Positions 24,575 through 37,294 of a stretch of 64,000 nt of DNA are shown piece after piece. The notes beneath the pieces were generated by a model that was not told the DNA's origin, ran no database searches, and saw only the letters and a program-made list of their open reading frames with translations. The stretch is from Eledone cirrhosa (taxonomy: Eukaryota), in the NCBI GenBank assembly GCA_964016885.1, contig OZ024741.1, forward strand, positions 37,324,001 through 37,388,000. The letters are read 5' to 3'. Every line of letters begins with the position of its first letter. Position 1 is the stretch's first letter. Made by a program: the position numbers and the translations under genes.

Positions 24575-26798
24575 CATGCACACTCATCTAAGATGTATGC
24601 ACACTCATCTAAGATGTATGCACACTCATCTAAGACGCATACACACTCATCTAAGATGCATACACACTCATCTAAGATGTATGTACACTCATCTAAGATG
24701 CATGTACACTCATCTAAGATGTATGTACACTCATCTAAGATGTATGTACACTCATCTAAGATGCATGTACACTCATCTAAGATGTATGTACACTCATCTA
24801 AGATGTATGTACACTCATCTAAGATGTATGTACACTCATCTAAGACGCATACACACTCATCTAAGATGCATGTACACTCATCTAAGATGTATGTACACTC
24901 ATCTAAGATGTATGTACACTCATCTAAGATGTATGCACACTCATTTAAGATGTATGTACACTCATCTAAGACGCATGCACGCTCATCTAAGATGTATGTA
25001 CACTCATCTAAGATGTATGTACACTCATCTAAGATGTATGTACACTCATCTAAGATGTATGCACACTCATCTAAGATGTATGTACACTCATCTAAGATGT
25101 ATGCACACTCATCTAAGATGTATGTACACTCATCTAAGACGCATGCACACTCATCTAAGACGCATGCACACTCATCTAAGACGCATGCACACTCATCTAA
25201 GATGTATGTACACTCATCTAAGATGTATGCACACTCATCTAAGACGCATGCACACTCATCTAAGACGCATGCACACTCATCTAAGATGTATGTACACTCA
25301 TCTAAGATGTATGCACACTCATCTAAGACGCATGCACACTCATCTAAGACGCATGCACACTCATCTAAGATGTATGCACACTCATCTAAGATGTATGTAC
25401 ACTCATCTAAGATGTATGTACACTCATCTAAGACGCATGCACACTCATCTAAGATGCATGCACACTCATCTAAGACGCATGCACACTCATCTAAGATGTA
25501 TGTACACTCATCTAAGATGTATGCACACTCATCTAAGACGCATGCACACTCATCTAAGACGCATGCACACTCATCTAAGACGCATGCACACTCATCTAAG
25601 ATGTATGCACACTCATCTAAGATGTATGTACACTCATCTAAGATGTATGCACACTCATCTAAGATGCATGTACACTCATCTAAGATGTATGTACACTCAT
25701 CTAAGATGCATGTACACTCATCTAAGATGTATGTACACTCATCTAAGATGTATGTACACTCATCTAAGATGTATGTACACTCATCTAAGACGCATACACA
25801 CTCATCTAAGATGCATGTACACTCATCTAAGATGTATGTACACTCATCTAAGATGTATGTACACTCATCTAAGATGTATGCACACTCATTTAAGATGTAT
25901 GTACACTCATCTAAGACGCATGCACGCTCATCTAAGATGTATGTACACTCATCTAAGATGTATGTACACTCATCTAAGATGTATGTACACTCATCTAAGA
26001 TGTATGCACACTCATCTAAGATGTATGTACACTCATCTAAGATGTATGCACACTCATCTAAGATGTATGTACACTCATCTAAGACGCATGCACACTCATC
26101 TAAGACGCATGCACACTCATCTAAGACGCATGCACACTCATCTAAGATGTATGTACACTCATCTAAGATGTATGCACACTCATCTAAGACGCATGCACAC
26201 TCATCTAAGACGCATGCACACTCATCTAAGATGTATGTACACTCATCTAAGATGTATGCACACTCATCTAAGACGCATGCACACTCATCTAAGACGCATG
26301 CACACTCATCTAAGATGTATGCACACTCATCTAAGATGTATGTACACTCATCTAAGATGTATGTACACTCATCTAAGACGCATGCACACTCATCTAAGAT
26401 GCATGCACACTCATCTAAGACGCATGCACACTCATCTAAGATGTATGTACACTCATCTAAGATGTATGCACACTCATCTAAGACGCATGCACACTCATCT
26501 AAGACGCATGCACACTCATCTAAGACGCATGCACACTCATCTAAGATGTATGCACACTCATCTAAGATGTATGTACACTCATCTAAGATGCATGTACACT
26601 CATCTAAGACGCATGCACACTCATCTAAGACGCATGCACACTCATCTAAGACGCATGCACACTCATCTAAGACGCATGTACACTCATCTAAGACGCATGT
26701 ACACTCATCTAAGACGCATGCACACTCATCTAAGACGCATGCACACTCATCTAAGATGCATGCACACTCATCTAAGACGCATGCACACTCATTTAAGA
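24575..26798. repeat. 21-bp minisatellite CACTCATCTAAGAYGYATGYA, about 105 copies, with a 945-bp higher-order duplication
   Basis: Rare variants recur 945 bp apart (CATTTAAG at 24942/25887; CACGCTC G at 24981/25926). Confidence 0.98.
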
Positions 26799-27373
26799 AC
26801 CCAACCATACAAAAATCAACCGCACTTGAGGAAAAAAAATCTGAGAATAAAAACTGGATAAAATCGACCACAAAATTTCAGTCAATTGTGCGATCAGCTA
26901 GGCATTATTAGGGTGAACCTCAGGAATGTGAGCATTGCTCGTTTGATGTACTAGAAATCATGACTAGAAGGAACCTATTAAACTCCATGCATGACTGGAT
27001 CTTCAATTGTCAACACATAACTTTTAAAATATATTCTAAATATAACCCGTGCTAATCTGTATCTTCACCATCTCCAACTGAGCAAACGGGTATACACTTC
27101 TTAACTATACAATATACAATAACCTGCAAACATTAACATATATATAACGATACCAACATACACATACATAACACAGAAGATATTGAGGGGTTTTTCTTTT
27201 CTGACGTTCATAGTTGTATAAATGTCCATTGTGATGTGTGGCCGATTGTCGCACCTGGTGGTGAATTGATGGTCGTTTTCGTTTTTGCTTCCTCCTTTTT
27301 TTCTTTTTTTCTTCCCTTTCTTTCGCTCTGGTCATATATTTTGATGCGTTGTTTTTGTGACCGAATAAATAAT

Positions 27374-27558
27374 TGTTTCTACTTTAGGCACAAGGCCAGC
27401 AATTATCCAGTGCATTACTGGTACTTTATTTTACCGACCCCGTAAGGATGAAAGGCAAAGTGAACCTCGGCGGGATTTGAACTCAGATCGTAAAGGGACG
27501 TAACTATGCTGGAAAGCATGGCGTCCGACTCTCTACTGATACTGCCAATCCACCGCCC
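27374..27558 (-). mobile_element. Nin-domain SINE with an 18-bp TSD
   Basis: TGTGACCGAATAAATAAT at 27356 and 27559. Confidence 0.92.
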
Positions 27559-27809
27559 TGTGACCGAATAAATAATGAAGAGGTTTTGAAGAGAGTGCGG
27601 ATGGAACGTGAGATGTAGCGAAATCTGTCCGCGCCTTGAACTCTGGGTGATACCTAAAGGTTAAATTCTAGGTCAACACCCTTTTGGTGTAGACAGGTTG
27701 ATGTGTTGACTATCTCCTCAAGGTGGGGGACATGAAGCGACAGGTATATAAAGCCTGTGCTATTATTCCACTCAAGGAGAAACATCGGAGCATTACACCT
27801 ATAACTAAC

Positions 27810-29878
27810 TGTAGCGGTTGTCTCCCTTGTTTTGATTGGGATCTAGACGGGAGGTGGAACCCTTTCTGCGACTTCCGGTCAGAGCCCTATAAAACTAACA
27901 ACTTTAAGCTTCCTTCCTCTCTTTGCCTTTTCGGCACCAGGTCAAGAGCCTCTCATTTGGCTCTGCCATTAATTTGGCCAACAGGCGCCTGGCCTTAGCC
28001 AGGCGCCCTCTGCCAGCCGCGTTTGCCTGGCAATCAAAACGGTAACTACTAACTTTGTTTCATTCTAACATCTATATTTCACATGTCAAGTATTCTATCT
28101 ACCGTTAATTAAACATTATATACACAAACATTGTCTCGTTTTGTTACATTCATACAACCCAGTATCCTCGCTATATTGGTAACCCTGACGTGATACGAAC
28201 ACGCAGCCGTTCATCGCTATAAGGGTCACCCCCAAAAAAAGAAAAAAATAGCACATCTGGTTTTGTGAGTAACATTACGAATACACAGCAAATTTAGCGA
28301 CAAACTATGAAAATACTCAAGGACACGCACACACGCACATGTGGAATTCGCACAGACATACTTTTTCTCTCACGCATCAATTAACTGTCGCATTTCACCA
28401 ATATATATATATATGTTTCTCGTTTCTTACAACGAACACTTTCAAAACAAAAAAAACATTTCACGATATATATATATGTTTCTCGTTTCTTACAACGAAC
28501 TCTTTCAAAACACAAAAAAAAAAAAAGAAATTTGATATTCTTTAAAAAACATTTCAACAGGAACATTTATTTTCGATGAACCATTGCCTTTTGTTCTTCG
28601 TTTTCTTCATCGTTCAAGTTTTTTGTTTTTTTCCAAAGTTCACACCTATAATTATGCTGATTGAAGCCTTTCTTTTTCATCATTGTCACTTTCAAAATTG
28701 CACTATCATTTTCTCGCGCGTTAGAAATATTTTTTTTTCAACCTTGTATTGGCACGTGTAGGCAGCATAAATTCTCGATTCACTGAGATGTCTCTACTCA
28801 CAGACAGCCGCACGCCATTTATCACCAGGGATTCTTCAGCCTTAAGCTATATTCTTCTATTTGCCGGTTTATAAATTTACAATGTAAATTTACCGTTGAT
28901 AACCGCGCATTTATTAAGAATGCTTATTTCTCTGGTCGCTGGCCTCTTGACCCTTCCAGGTCAACGCATTCTCAACATCGACCATCAACTTCGGCTGCTA
29001 TTTCTAGCACTTTGCGCAACTCTACTGTGAATTTAAACACCGAATACGCTCACTCAGCGAGACAACAGCAGCAGCAACAGCAATATAACAGCAACAGCAA
29101 TACATCAACACAGCTTCACCAAAGCCAGAGAATTTATTTTTGCAGCACTCTTCCTGTGAGAAAATCCATTCGGAGGTTGGAAATTTCACGATATACCACA
29201 GAACAGAAACCACCTGCATTCATTCTCTGGAACACACTTTCTTTCCAGCTGTCATGTGATTGCACACCTGTGAACTATATTTTGAACTTTGAGCTCTTCT
29301 ATTACTTTTACTTTATTACATTGTATCTTTGGGTGATGGATAGATGGATGTCCAGTCGTTCTCTGGCCAAGAGCGGTTGGCTACCTTGATATCTATCATT
29401 GATTTTTCCAAACATTCTTTTGTCGTAATTTTCATGCCTGTTACAACATTCTCGCCAACTTGCTACATGTTTTCATTTCGATTTTTATACACTAAAATTC
29501 TGGCGGGAGGTTATGTAGCGGTTGTCTCCCTTGTTTTGATTGGGATCTAGACGGGAGGTGGAACCCTTTCTGCGACTTCCGGTCAGAGCCCTATAAAACT
29601 AACAACTTTAAGCTTCCTTCCTCTCTTTGCCTTTTCGGCACCAGGTCAAGAGCCTCTCATTTGGCTCTGCCATTAATTTGGCCAACAGGCGCCTGGCCTT
29701 AGCCAGGCGCCCTCTGCCAGCCGCGTTTGCCTGGCAATCAAAACGGTAACTACTAACTTTGTTTCATTCTAACATCTATATTTCACATGTCAAGTATTCT
29801 ATCTACCGTTAATTAAACATTATATACACAAACATTGTCTCGTTTTGTTACATTCATACAACCAGTAATCACGCTATA
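27810..29878 (+). mobile_element. Non-autonomous Gypsy-like LTR retrotransposon (LTRs 27810-28175 and 29514-29878)
   Basis: Near-identical LTRs TGTAGCG...CGCTATA; TSD TAAC; tRNA-Trp PBS at 28177; PPT GGCGGGAGG at 29502; 1.3-kb interior with no gag/pol ORF. Confidence 0.93.
28177..28208 (+). promoter_or_regulatory. Extended primer-binding site complementary to tRNA-Trp
   Basis: TGGTAACCCTGACGTGATACGAACACGCAGCC versus the recalled metazoan tRNA-Trp complement TGGTGACCCCGACGTGATTCGAACACGCAGCC. Confidence 0.88.
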
Positions 29879-31154
29879 TAACTATGTAAAGATTTACTGC
29901 TATCAATAGACCCCAGTGGTCTACAGAAATACCCAGAGCGATTGGAACCCTACTCTTACAGACCATGTACAAGCCACCAGTGGTCTACAACTAATTACAG
30001 ACCATTCAGAGATATACAAACCATATCTCTCTCTCTCTTACTAACTACGGTCTCACAACTACTACCACGGTCTCCAAATTCCAACAACAATAACAATTAT
30101 CTGTCGCTCGCTGTTTTCACACCAACAACAGACTACAACAGTCTCACATCAGCAACAATAACAACATTAACAACTCTTGGTAACTGTTTTATATGTACTT
30201 TTTAATTGATTCACGTGAAGTAAACTATATATAAACCAAAACATTTATTCTTTGTATTCTCGTTATTACATTTCTTCTTATTATTATAGTTATTTCATCT
30301 AACAACTTTGTTATTATCATTTCTAATAACTACATATAACCATCTAACTTTTCATTTTTAACCCTTCGTTAAAGAGATACTGCTCACTATGAAAAAGAGA
30401 CAATTAATGTTCCTAGGACATGTCATCAGGAAAGGCATGCTGGAAGACCTTTCCATTAGCGGAAAAATTTCTGGGAAGCGTGTCAGAAGTCGTGCTTTTT
30501 TGACAATTTCAACATCAAAGCCACAGAAGTATGGGATCTCGCCCGAGATCGAACAGCGTGGAACATCATGGTTCGTCAAACACTGATACAGTGATGGCAC
30601 AAGAAAAAAGAGAGTTATTGTGAGGTTCCTAGCAATGGCTAACTATATTTGTTATATGCGTTTATATTTGTGTTTATCAACGACATTATATTTGTGATGT
30701 TAGACATTACAAATTGTTTATAGTTCTTACATAATTAAAATATAAACACACATAATAAATACAATTAATTATTGCTAGGAACCTCACAAATATAACGCAC
30801 CAAAATATATGGTCAAAGCAAGAAAAAAAGAAAAAGAAAGAAGAAAACCAACAAACACAACCATCAATTCACCACCATGTGCAACAATCGGCCGCACACC
30901 GCATAGACCAATACAACAAATACAGTTAGACATGCCACACTCATACACACGCCATTAGACACGTTAAACACAGGAATAATATAACAAATATCGGTCGTTC
31001 TCAGACAGGTTTGCAGTGGAGACTTCTGGTGTCTTTGGCCCTAGGACCCCCCCCCCCCCACTCACTACCATCGGCTCGAAGTTGACTACACGCAGGTCTG
31101 AGACTCGCGAACTGGAATGACTCTTCCAACGCGTCTCCCTCACCATCTTCCAAG

Positions 31155-31320
31155 GATACGCCTTTTCTATTCTGTCTGCTGGGACCGTGGGGCGGCCAGC
31201 GCGTGGGTCCCCCAATAGTTCATAATTGTGAGAGATGGGGCGAGCGGGAGAGACGGAGGTAGTGACTGTGGGAGTTTGGTTCCTTTATGTTCGGACCTGG
31301 TGTGTTTTGTATATATTTCA
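31155..31320. repeat. Interspersed GC-rich repeat, second copy at about 41485-41630
   Basis: Colinear similarity between the two loci; family not identified. Confidence 0.7.
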
Positions 31321-31678
31321 CCTAAATTCTTCTTTCTTCATATAACAAATTAGGAAATATTCACTCTGATGCATAAACTTCAAGCAAATGCAACTAAATA
31401 CAATTCAAGCTCATACTTTTCACACATACATTTAGCGTAAACTACAACACACTCACCACAAGGAGATACGACCATATACGATTCGAACTCATACTCTTCA
31501 GTCTTCATACTTACATTTAGTGTAAACTATAAAACTGACATTTATACACTGAGTAACTATCATATTTCTAAGTCCCTCATACAATTTATTTTATCATGAC
31601 CGTAAATCTTCATGTACAAGAAAAATGCACATCAAAGTTCTACCAAAATTCTCACACAGTATGGAGCCACCGTCACTT

Positions 31679-31879
31679 AAAAGACTGGGCTGAACAGCTC
31701 ATAGGCTGACTATGAAGGAGTGATGCTAGACTGTGAAATCTTGCATGCATTAATTTCAACTCTTCTTGTTAATAACTGCATCGTTTCTTTCCAGGGACTA
31801 TATTAAAAAAATAAACCTCATTTGGTAATTCCATGAGAATATCTTGGTCAGCCCATGAACTTTTCAGCTGACCCTCGTA
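31679..31879. mobile_element. Tc1/mariner-like MITE (uninterrupted copy)
   Basis: Ends GAACTTTTCAGCTGACCCTCGTA; matches the two halves at 16144 and 17259. Confidence 0.8.
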
Positions 31880-32064
31880 TATCTTCATTTAACTGACATG
31901 AAAGTATATTTTTATGTATGTATGCGTATACGGAAGTATGTATGTTTATATGTATATATGTGTGCCTGCATGTATATATGTGTGTGTGGGTGTATGCGCA
32001 TGTATCTCTATATATCCCTATTTAAAACTTGTTCCCTGGCTTTGAAATCATTCTTCTTTGGAAC

Positions 32065-32155
32065 TTTCTCTGAAGAGATGCATGGGAATTATAGATGACG
32101 TAATAATCCAGATTTCATAGGATAAAACGTAATGCATCGAAACAGGTGTTAAAAT
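32065..32155 (+). ncRNA. Type I hammerhead-like motif with long loop II
   Basis: CTGAAGA-GATGCAT..48 nt..ATGCATC-GAAACAGGTGTT; imperfect stem I. Confidence 0.6.
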
Positions 32156-32222
32156 CATCGATAATTAAGAAATGAATGAATTAATGAGCACCAATATATA
32201 TGCCTCAGTGATTTTGCTACAA

Positions 32223-32295
<73 letters not shown>

Positions 32296-32313
32296 GTAAC
32301 ACACAAGTTATTA

Positions 32314-32814
32314 TATATTGGTAAACGGAATAGAAAATGCTGACAAATTGTTCACAGTGAAAAATAGTTTAATTAGGAATAAATGAGAATTAGTAATTGT
32401 ATTGGTTAGTATTCAGTTTTGGTTTTAAGTTTTACCGGTTGCGCATTTCTAAATGCTTTTCAAAAATAATTTTGAGATAGAGCGTCCGTGATGTTTGCTC
32501 TGATCTGATTAGTTTTGGGAATTCTACCTGTTTTTATGTTAAAAAAAGTGGCTCCAGCGCTATTAAAATTGGTTTTTGCGCCAATTCGTGTTGCAAAAAT
32601 TCTTGTGGTCAAAACAATTTTGATTGGTCGGTAGAGGTCATGTGAATGTAAAAAATTGATTTTGCGCCAAGACTGAGAAATGACTTTCACAACAAATATG
32701 TGTGTGTGTGTGTGTGTGTGTGTAGTAGTAGTAAAGTGTTCGTTGTTGTGATAATGGTTAGCAGGGATGTGTGTGCGAACCGCAGCCTGTTGACAGTTCA
32801 AATGCCTATTAAGA

Positions 32815-32874
<60 letters not shown>

Positions 32875-34315
32875 GCAGAGTAATTCGTGGTAGAGGGATG
32901 GTCAGTAGGAATGTGTCTGTAAGTGAGTGGGGGATATTTTAACATGTTAAAATATATTTTTCAGCTCTTGTCTTATACGGAGAAGTGTGTGTGTGTGTAT
33001 GTGTGTGTGTGTGTGTGTGTAGCAGAGTAATTCGTGGTAGAGGGATGGTCAGTAGGAATGTGTCTGTAAGTGAGTGGGGGATATTTTAACATGTTAAAAG
33101 ATATTTTTCAGCTCTTGTCTTATACGGAGAAGTGTGTGTGTGTGTGTGTGTGTGTATGTGAGTGTGTGTGTGTGTGTGTGTATAAGTATCTTTGTATGTT
33201 AATGTACGCGTGTGTATGTGTGTGTGTATATATGTGTGTGTGTGTGTGGGTGGACCAGTATTTTTTCCTGGTAAAATGGTGTACATTATTCGATATTTTC
33301 AGTAAAATCGATTCTCTCAATAGAACATCAAAAACCTTAACAATAAAAGGTGTGAAATGATATTCACTATATATATATATATACATATATTCACTATATA
33401 TATATTTATATATATATATATATTTGTGTTGCACCATAGAACATGTGTGTTTACGTATGTCATTGTGTTTATATGTGGGTAGGTATGTATGTTTACGTGT
33501 GTATGTTGTGGGTTCGTCTTAGGGAGAAGTGTTTAGACGGGGTCTGTATTTGTTAATAAAGTAAGATTCCTTGCTGATGCGCTGGGTGTGGGTGGCTTTA
33601 TATTTAAATTTGTAGAGGGGAAAGATTCTGAAGTTGGGATGATTTTGGGCGGCACAGGTATCAATGTGTTCACTCAGTGGTATTTTCCTGTATTCCGTAT
33701 TTTAATTTGGGATCTATGGACAGTCATGCGTTGGCGGAGGCTGTTTTTGGTCTGGCCTACGTATTGTTCTCGACAACCTGAACAAGTTAATACATATATT
33801 AGATTTTCCGATGCACATGTGAAATTGTGTTTTACTATAAAACGTTGTCCTTCTTTGAAATAGAATTCTGAACCCTCTATTAGGTTGATGCAAATGCCAC
33901 AGTTGGGTCTATCGCATTTTTTTTACTGTGGGTTTCGTTGTTGTGGTTGGCAGTACTTTGGCATGTGTTAGGATGTTTTTCATTGACTTAGATTGTCTTT
34001 TGCTCTTTATGATATCGTGTGTTCGTAGGATTTGGTTCATTCTATGGTCCTTTTTCAACACAGGGATGTTCTGGAGGATGGTGTCAAAGGCCTCATTGTT
34101 GAGGGGGTTGTGTGTGGAGATGTATGGAAGAGCTTTTAGTTTCGGTTGATTTACTTTAGGGTGTCTAAGGTCCTGGGTACTGAGTTTTAGGGCACGTTGG
34201 ATTCCATTGTCAATTAGTGATGCAGGAACTAATACAATTACTAATTCTCATTTATTCCTAATTAAACTATTTTTCACTGTGAACAATTTGTCACCATTTT
34301 CTATTCCGTTTACCA

Positions 34316-34318
<3 letters not shown>
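32314..34318 (-). mobile_element. Neptune-like Penelope element: 5'-truncated body, microsatellite-rich 3'UTR and inverted pseudo-LTR end
   Basis: 34225-34318 is an inverted copy of about 32314-32410; GIY-YIG remnant inside; decayed HHR at 32428-32466. Confidence 0.8.
33519..34209 (-). pseudogene. PLE linker and GIY-YIG endonuclease remnant (Neptune-like)
   Basis: KKCDRPNCGIC...FTCASENLIYVLTCSGCREQYVGQTKNSLRQRMTVH...LSEHIDTC...KESYFINKYRPRLN; frameshifted. Confidence 0.88.
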
Positions 34319-34346
<28 letters not shown>

Positions 34347-34616
34347 CATACATATATATATATATGGGGGGGGGGTGTATGTAAAAGTAATAACAAAACA
34401 ACCGACACAGTACATTGAAGAAATATATTAGTTTAACGCTTGAAATTGCAGGAAGTGAGTCACAACGTTTTGGACACTAGCCTTTCACCGGAATACAGCG
34501 TTAGAAATAGAAGATCATTAGAAAGTAAAGAGTGATGAGAGGAAGGAACGGCTAAAATTATGAAAAAAAAATGGGGAGAAAAAAAAACACCCGTGCGCAT
34601 TCAGTCGGCCATCTTA

Positions 34617-34673
<57 letters not shown>

Positions 34674-34739
34674 TAGCCGACGAGGTAAAGATGCAAGCAA
34701 TCTGTTCGTCTTATGTAACTGTGTACATTACATTTTCTA

Positions 34740-34792
<53 letters not shown>

Positions 34793-34797
<5 letters not shown>

Positions 34798-34933
34798 TAA
34801 CAAATTAAAGTTTAAGCAAAGAAACTTTAATCTGTTATTTTAATAAATATTTGCTCTACGGTTCTTATATATTTGATATATATTTATCCTTATCGAGCCC
34901 TCTTTGGATTTTAGTCTTCAAATTTATTATTAT

Positions 34934-34937
<4 letters not shown>
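34793..34937 (+). mobile_element. Short PLE-like pseudo-LTR insertion in (TA)n; related copies at 46201-46345, 53989-54062, 63439-63983
   Basis: Shared ends ATAACAGATTAAAGTTTAAGCAA and CTCTTTGGATTTTAGTCTTC...ATTATTAC|TATA. Confidence 0.8.
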
Positions 34938-34977
<40 letters not shown>

Positions 34978-35010
34978 GAGAAAAACCACAGACCCTCCAT
35001 CTCAACTCTA

Positions 35011-35046
35011 CTTTTGAAAAGCAGAAGAACTGCGAAACCGGTAAAG
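35011..35046 (+). ncRNA. Minimal type I hammerhead, U3-A8 variant
   Basis: CTT-TTGAAAA-GCAG aagaa CTGC-GAAACCGGTA-AAG; followed by AATAAA. Confidence 0.72.
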
Positions 35047-35178
35047 GAACCAAATAAATATATATATTTTTTAAAAAAATAAGACTCCAGTTGCATTTTC
35101 GATTTCATCTCTTTTTCTTTATACTTTCACTCGTGTAGGACACCTCGGTTATTTTTCAATTTGTAAAAAAAACCTCAC

Positions 35179-35221
<43 letters not shown>

Positions 35222-35668
35222 TAGAAAATGTAATGTACACAGTTACATAAGACGAACAGATTGCTTGCATCTTTACCTCGTCAGCTACCTTGCTGGTGTA
35301 CAAGTTCGCGAATTAAAGCAGTATTGAACATATGATACTAGTTTATGCAACAACTATGAGAACAACTATGTTGGCAAGATACAAGTGAGATGATAAAACA
35401 AAGAATGGACAAGAAAATGTATGGTGCTACGATGAAATGCACCCAGTACATGCTGTAGGTCCTAATGCTGGTGCTATGATATCATTCTCCCGGTAGTTGC
35501 TGTAATGTGGTTGGAATTAAGGAGAGAAGCCAGCAGTAGAAACCATGGTAAAATGTAATGTATGAATATGATGTGGTCATCTGACTTGTCTGGTCTCAGA
35601 ACGTGACTACTCATCGAACACATGTAAGCATGGAAAATAGATATAAAATGATGATGATGATGATGACG

Positions 35669-35705
<37 letters not shown>

Positions 35706-35831
35706 CGATGATGATGAAGATGATGAGGATGATGATATTGTTAACATTTAAGATTTTCTACGCATGAATTATATATATATATATATATATATGTTTGTGT
35801 GTGTACGAGTGTGTATGTATGTGTGTGTTTA

Positions 35832-35964
<133 letters not shown>

Positions 35965-36288
35965 ATAAAACGTCTCCATGTGCAGCAGCCAAATCGCATT
36001 AAAAAAAATAACAGATGCCATCATATGTTATTGGTTAAGTTATCTCCTAAATTGCCTGCAATTCTCGTGGGACACAAGGAAAGAGTAGATCGTTAAATTT
36101 ATCCAATAAAAAAATGTTTGTACTTGTTAATTAGATAGACAAATTTCTTCAGGATCCACTTTATGTAATTTGTAGCTCGACCGCCTGGCAAACATTAGAT
36201 ACTTGGTTCGACTCTCACCGTGTATCTGTTTTGTGTTGTTTTTCTCTGTTAGGCCATAGTTTTAAATATCACACACACGCGCGCGCAC

Positions 36289-36321
<33 letters not shown>

Positions 36322-36426
36322 TTAATTCTTGACTTATGGATTTAGGAGTGCTATTCTTGCAAACAAAACGCTAATAAGAAAATATGGAAAAACCTTAATA
36401 AAAAAGATCAAAGCTGAATATAGCTC

Positions 36427-36516
<90 letters not shown>

Positions 36517-36521
<5 letters not shown>

Positions 36522-36570
36522 AAGTCTTACTAAACACACAAGCCGAAACCGATTGGCGCCGCGGTCGGGA
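36517..36570 (+). ncRNA. 5'-truncated hammerhead-like motif
   Basis: TGAAAA...AAGCC-GAAACCG attggcgccg CGGTC; the 5' strand of stem I is replaced by (TA)n. Confidence 0.45.
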
Positions 36571-36680
36571 TTTTATATCTCTCTCTCTCTTTCTCACTCA
36601 CTCTCTCACTCACTCACACACACACACAACACACACACAACACACACACACGCACACTCACACACACACACACACACACA

Positions 36681-36761
<81 letters not shown>

Positions 36762-36793
36762 CCACAACAGAAACACAAACCCTCCATCTCTAT

Positions 36794-36837
36794 TTTACTT
36801 TTGATAATCATAAGAACTGTGAAACCGGTAAAGTAAA
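36794..36837 (+). ncRNA. Minimal type I hammerhead, U3-A8 variant (same family as 35011)
   Basis: TTTACTT-TTGATAA-TCATAAGAACTGT-GAAACCGGTA-AAGTAAA; 7-bp stem I. Confidence 0.72.
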
Positions 36838-36893
36838 TAAATATTCTTAAAAGACTCCAGTTGTATTTTCAATTACTTTTCTTTATATATATA

Positions 36894-37294
36894 CTAGCAG
36901 ATTTACCCGGCGTTGCCCGGGGTTTGAAATTATGCTAAGAATATACAGCTAGGAAGTAAAAGAAGAAAATTGTTTGTCCCCAACCTGTCAAAATAAGCAG
37001 AAGTCTTCAATAATTAATGAAAACGAATATTTAGTGCAATCTTTGTACACAAAACTATGCTGGTAATGAAGGAAAACACTGAACAGGACACTTTAGAAAA
37101 AATAATTTTGCTATCGATTTTTTATTGCTCAACGTGGGTCGATCTGAAAATTTTGTGATATGACCATCTTAGCGACAGGTGCAACGTGCACAGAAAATTT
37201 GGTCAAATTCGGTTGGGAATTGTAAAAGCCTTAACTGTCCAAAGTTGTCCACAGACACACACACATCCTCGCTTTTATATATATATATAGAAGA
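36894..37294 (-). mobile_element. Non-autonomous Helitron
   Basis: Minus strand reads A|TC...CTAG|T with a subterminal CCGGGCAACGCCGGG hairpin; no TSD. Confidence 0.8.

Larger units (their letters stand above)
27614..30373. mobile_element. Solo LTR (about 690 bp) interrupted by a second LTR element
   Basis: TGTAGCGAA ... TTCGTTAAA termini; 4-bp TSD GAGA at 27610 and 30374. Confidence 0.8.
27361..30613 (+). pseudogene. Short RTE 3' fragment split by a SINE and an LTR insertion
   Basis: Removing the inserts restores DRINNEEVLKRVRMERE-ILLTMKKRQLMFLGHVIRK in frame. Confidence 0.85.
27225..30900. mobile_element. Fold-back (palindromic) element split by a nested insertion block
   Basis: 27225-27360 joined to 30624-30670 is the inverted counterpart of about 30738-30900; duplicated GTTTTTGTGA/GTTATTGTGA at 27351 and 30614. 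Confidence 0.7.

Noticed and set aside
24445-26911. Three ORFs of about 800 aa, or a CRISPR-like array
   Set aside because: A 21-bp tandem repeat with no unique spacers and no cas genes; open frames follow from the unit sequence
34455-34495. Possible decayed minus-strand hammerhead (CCGGTGA...AAAACGTT)
   Set aside because: Too many core mismatches to support
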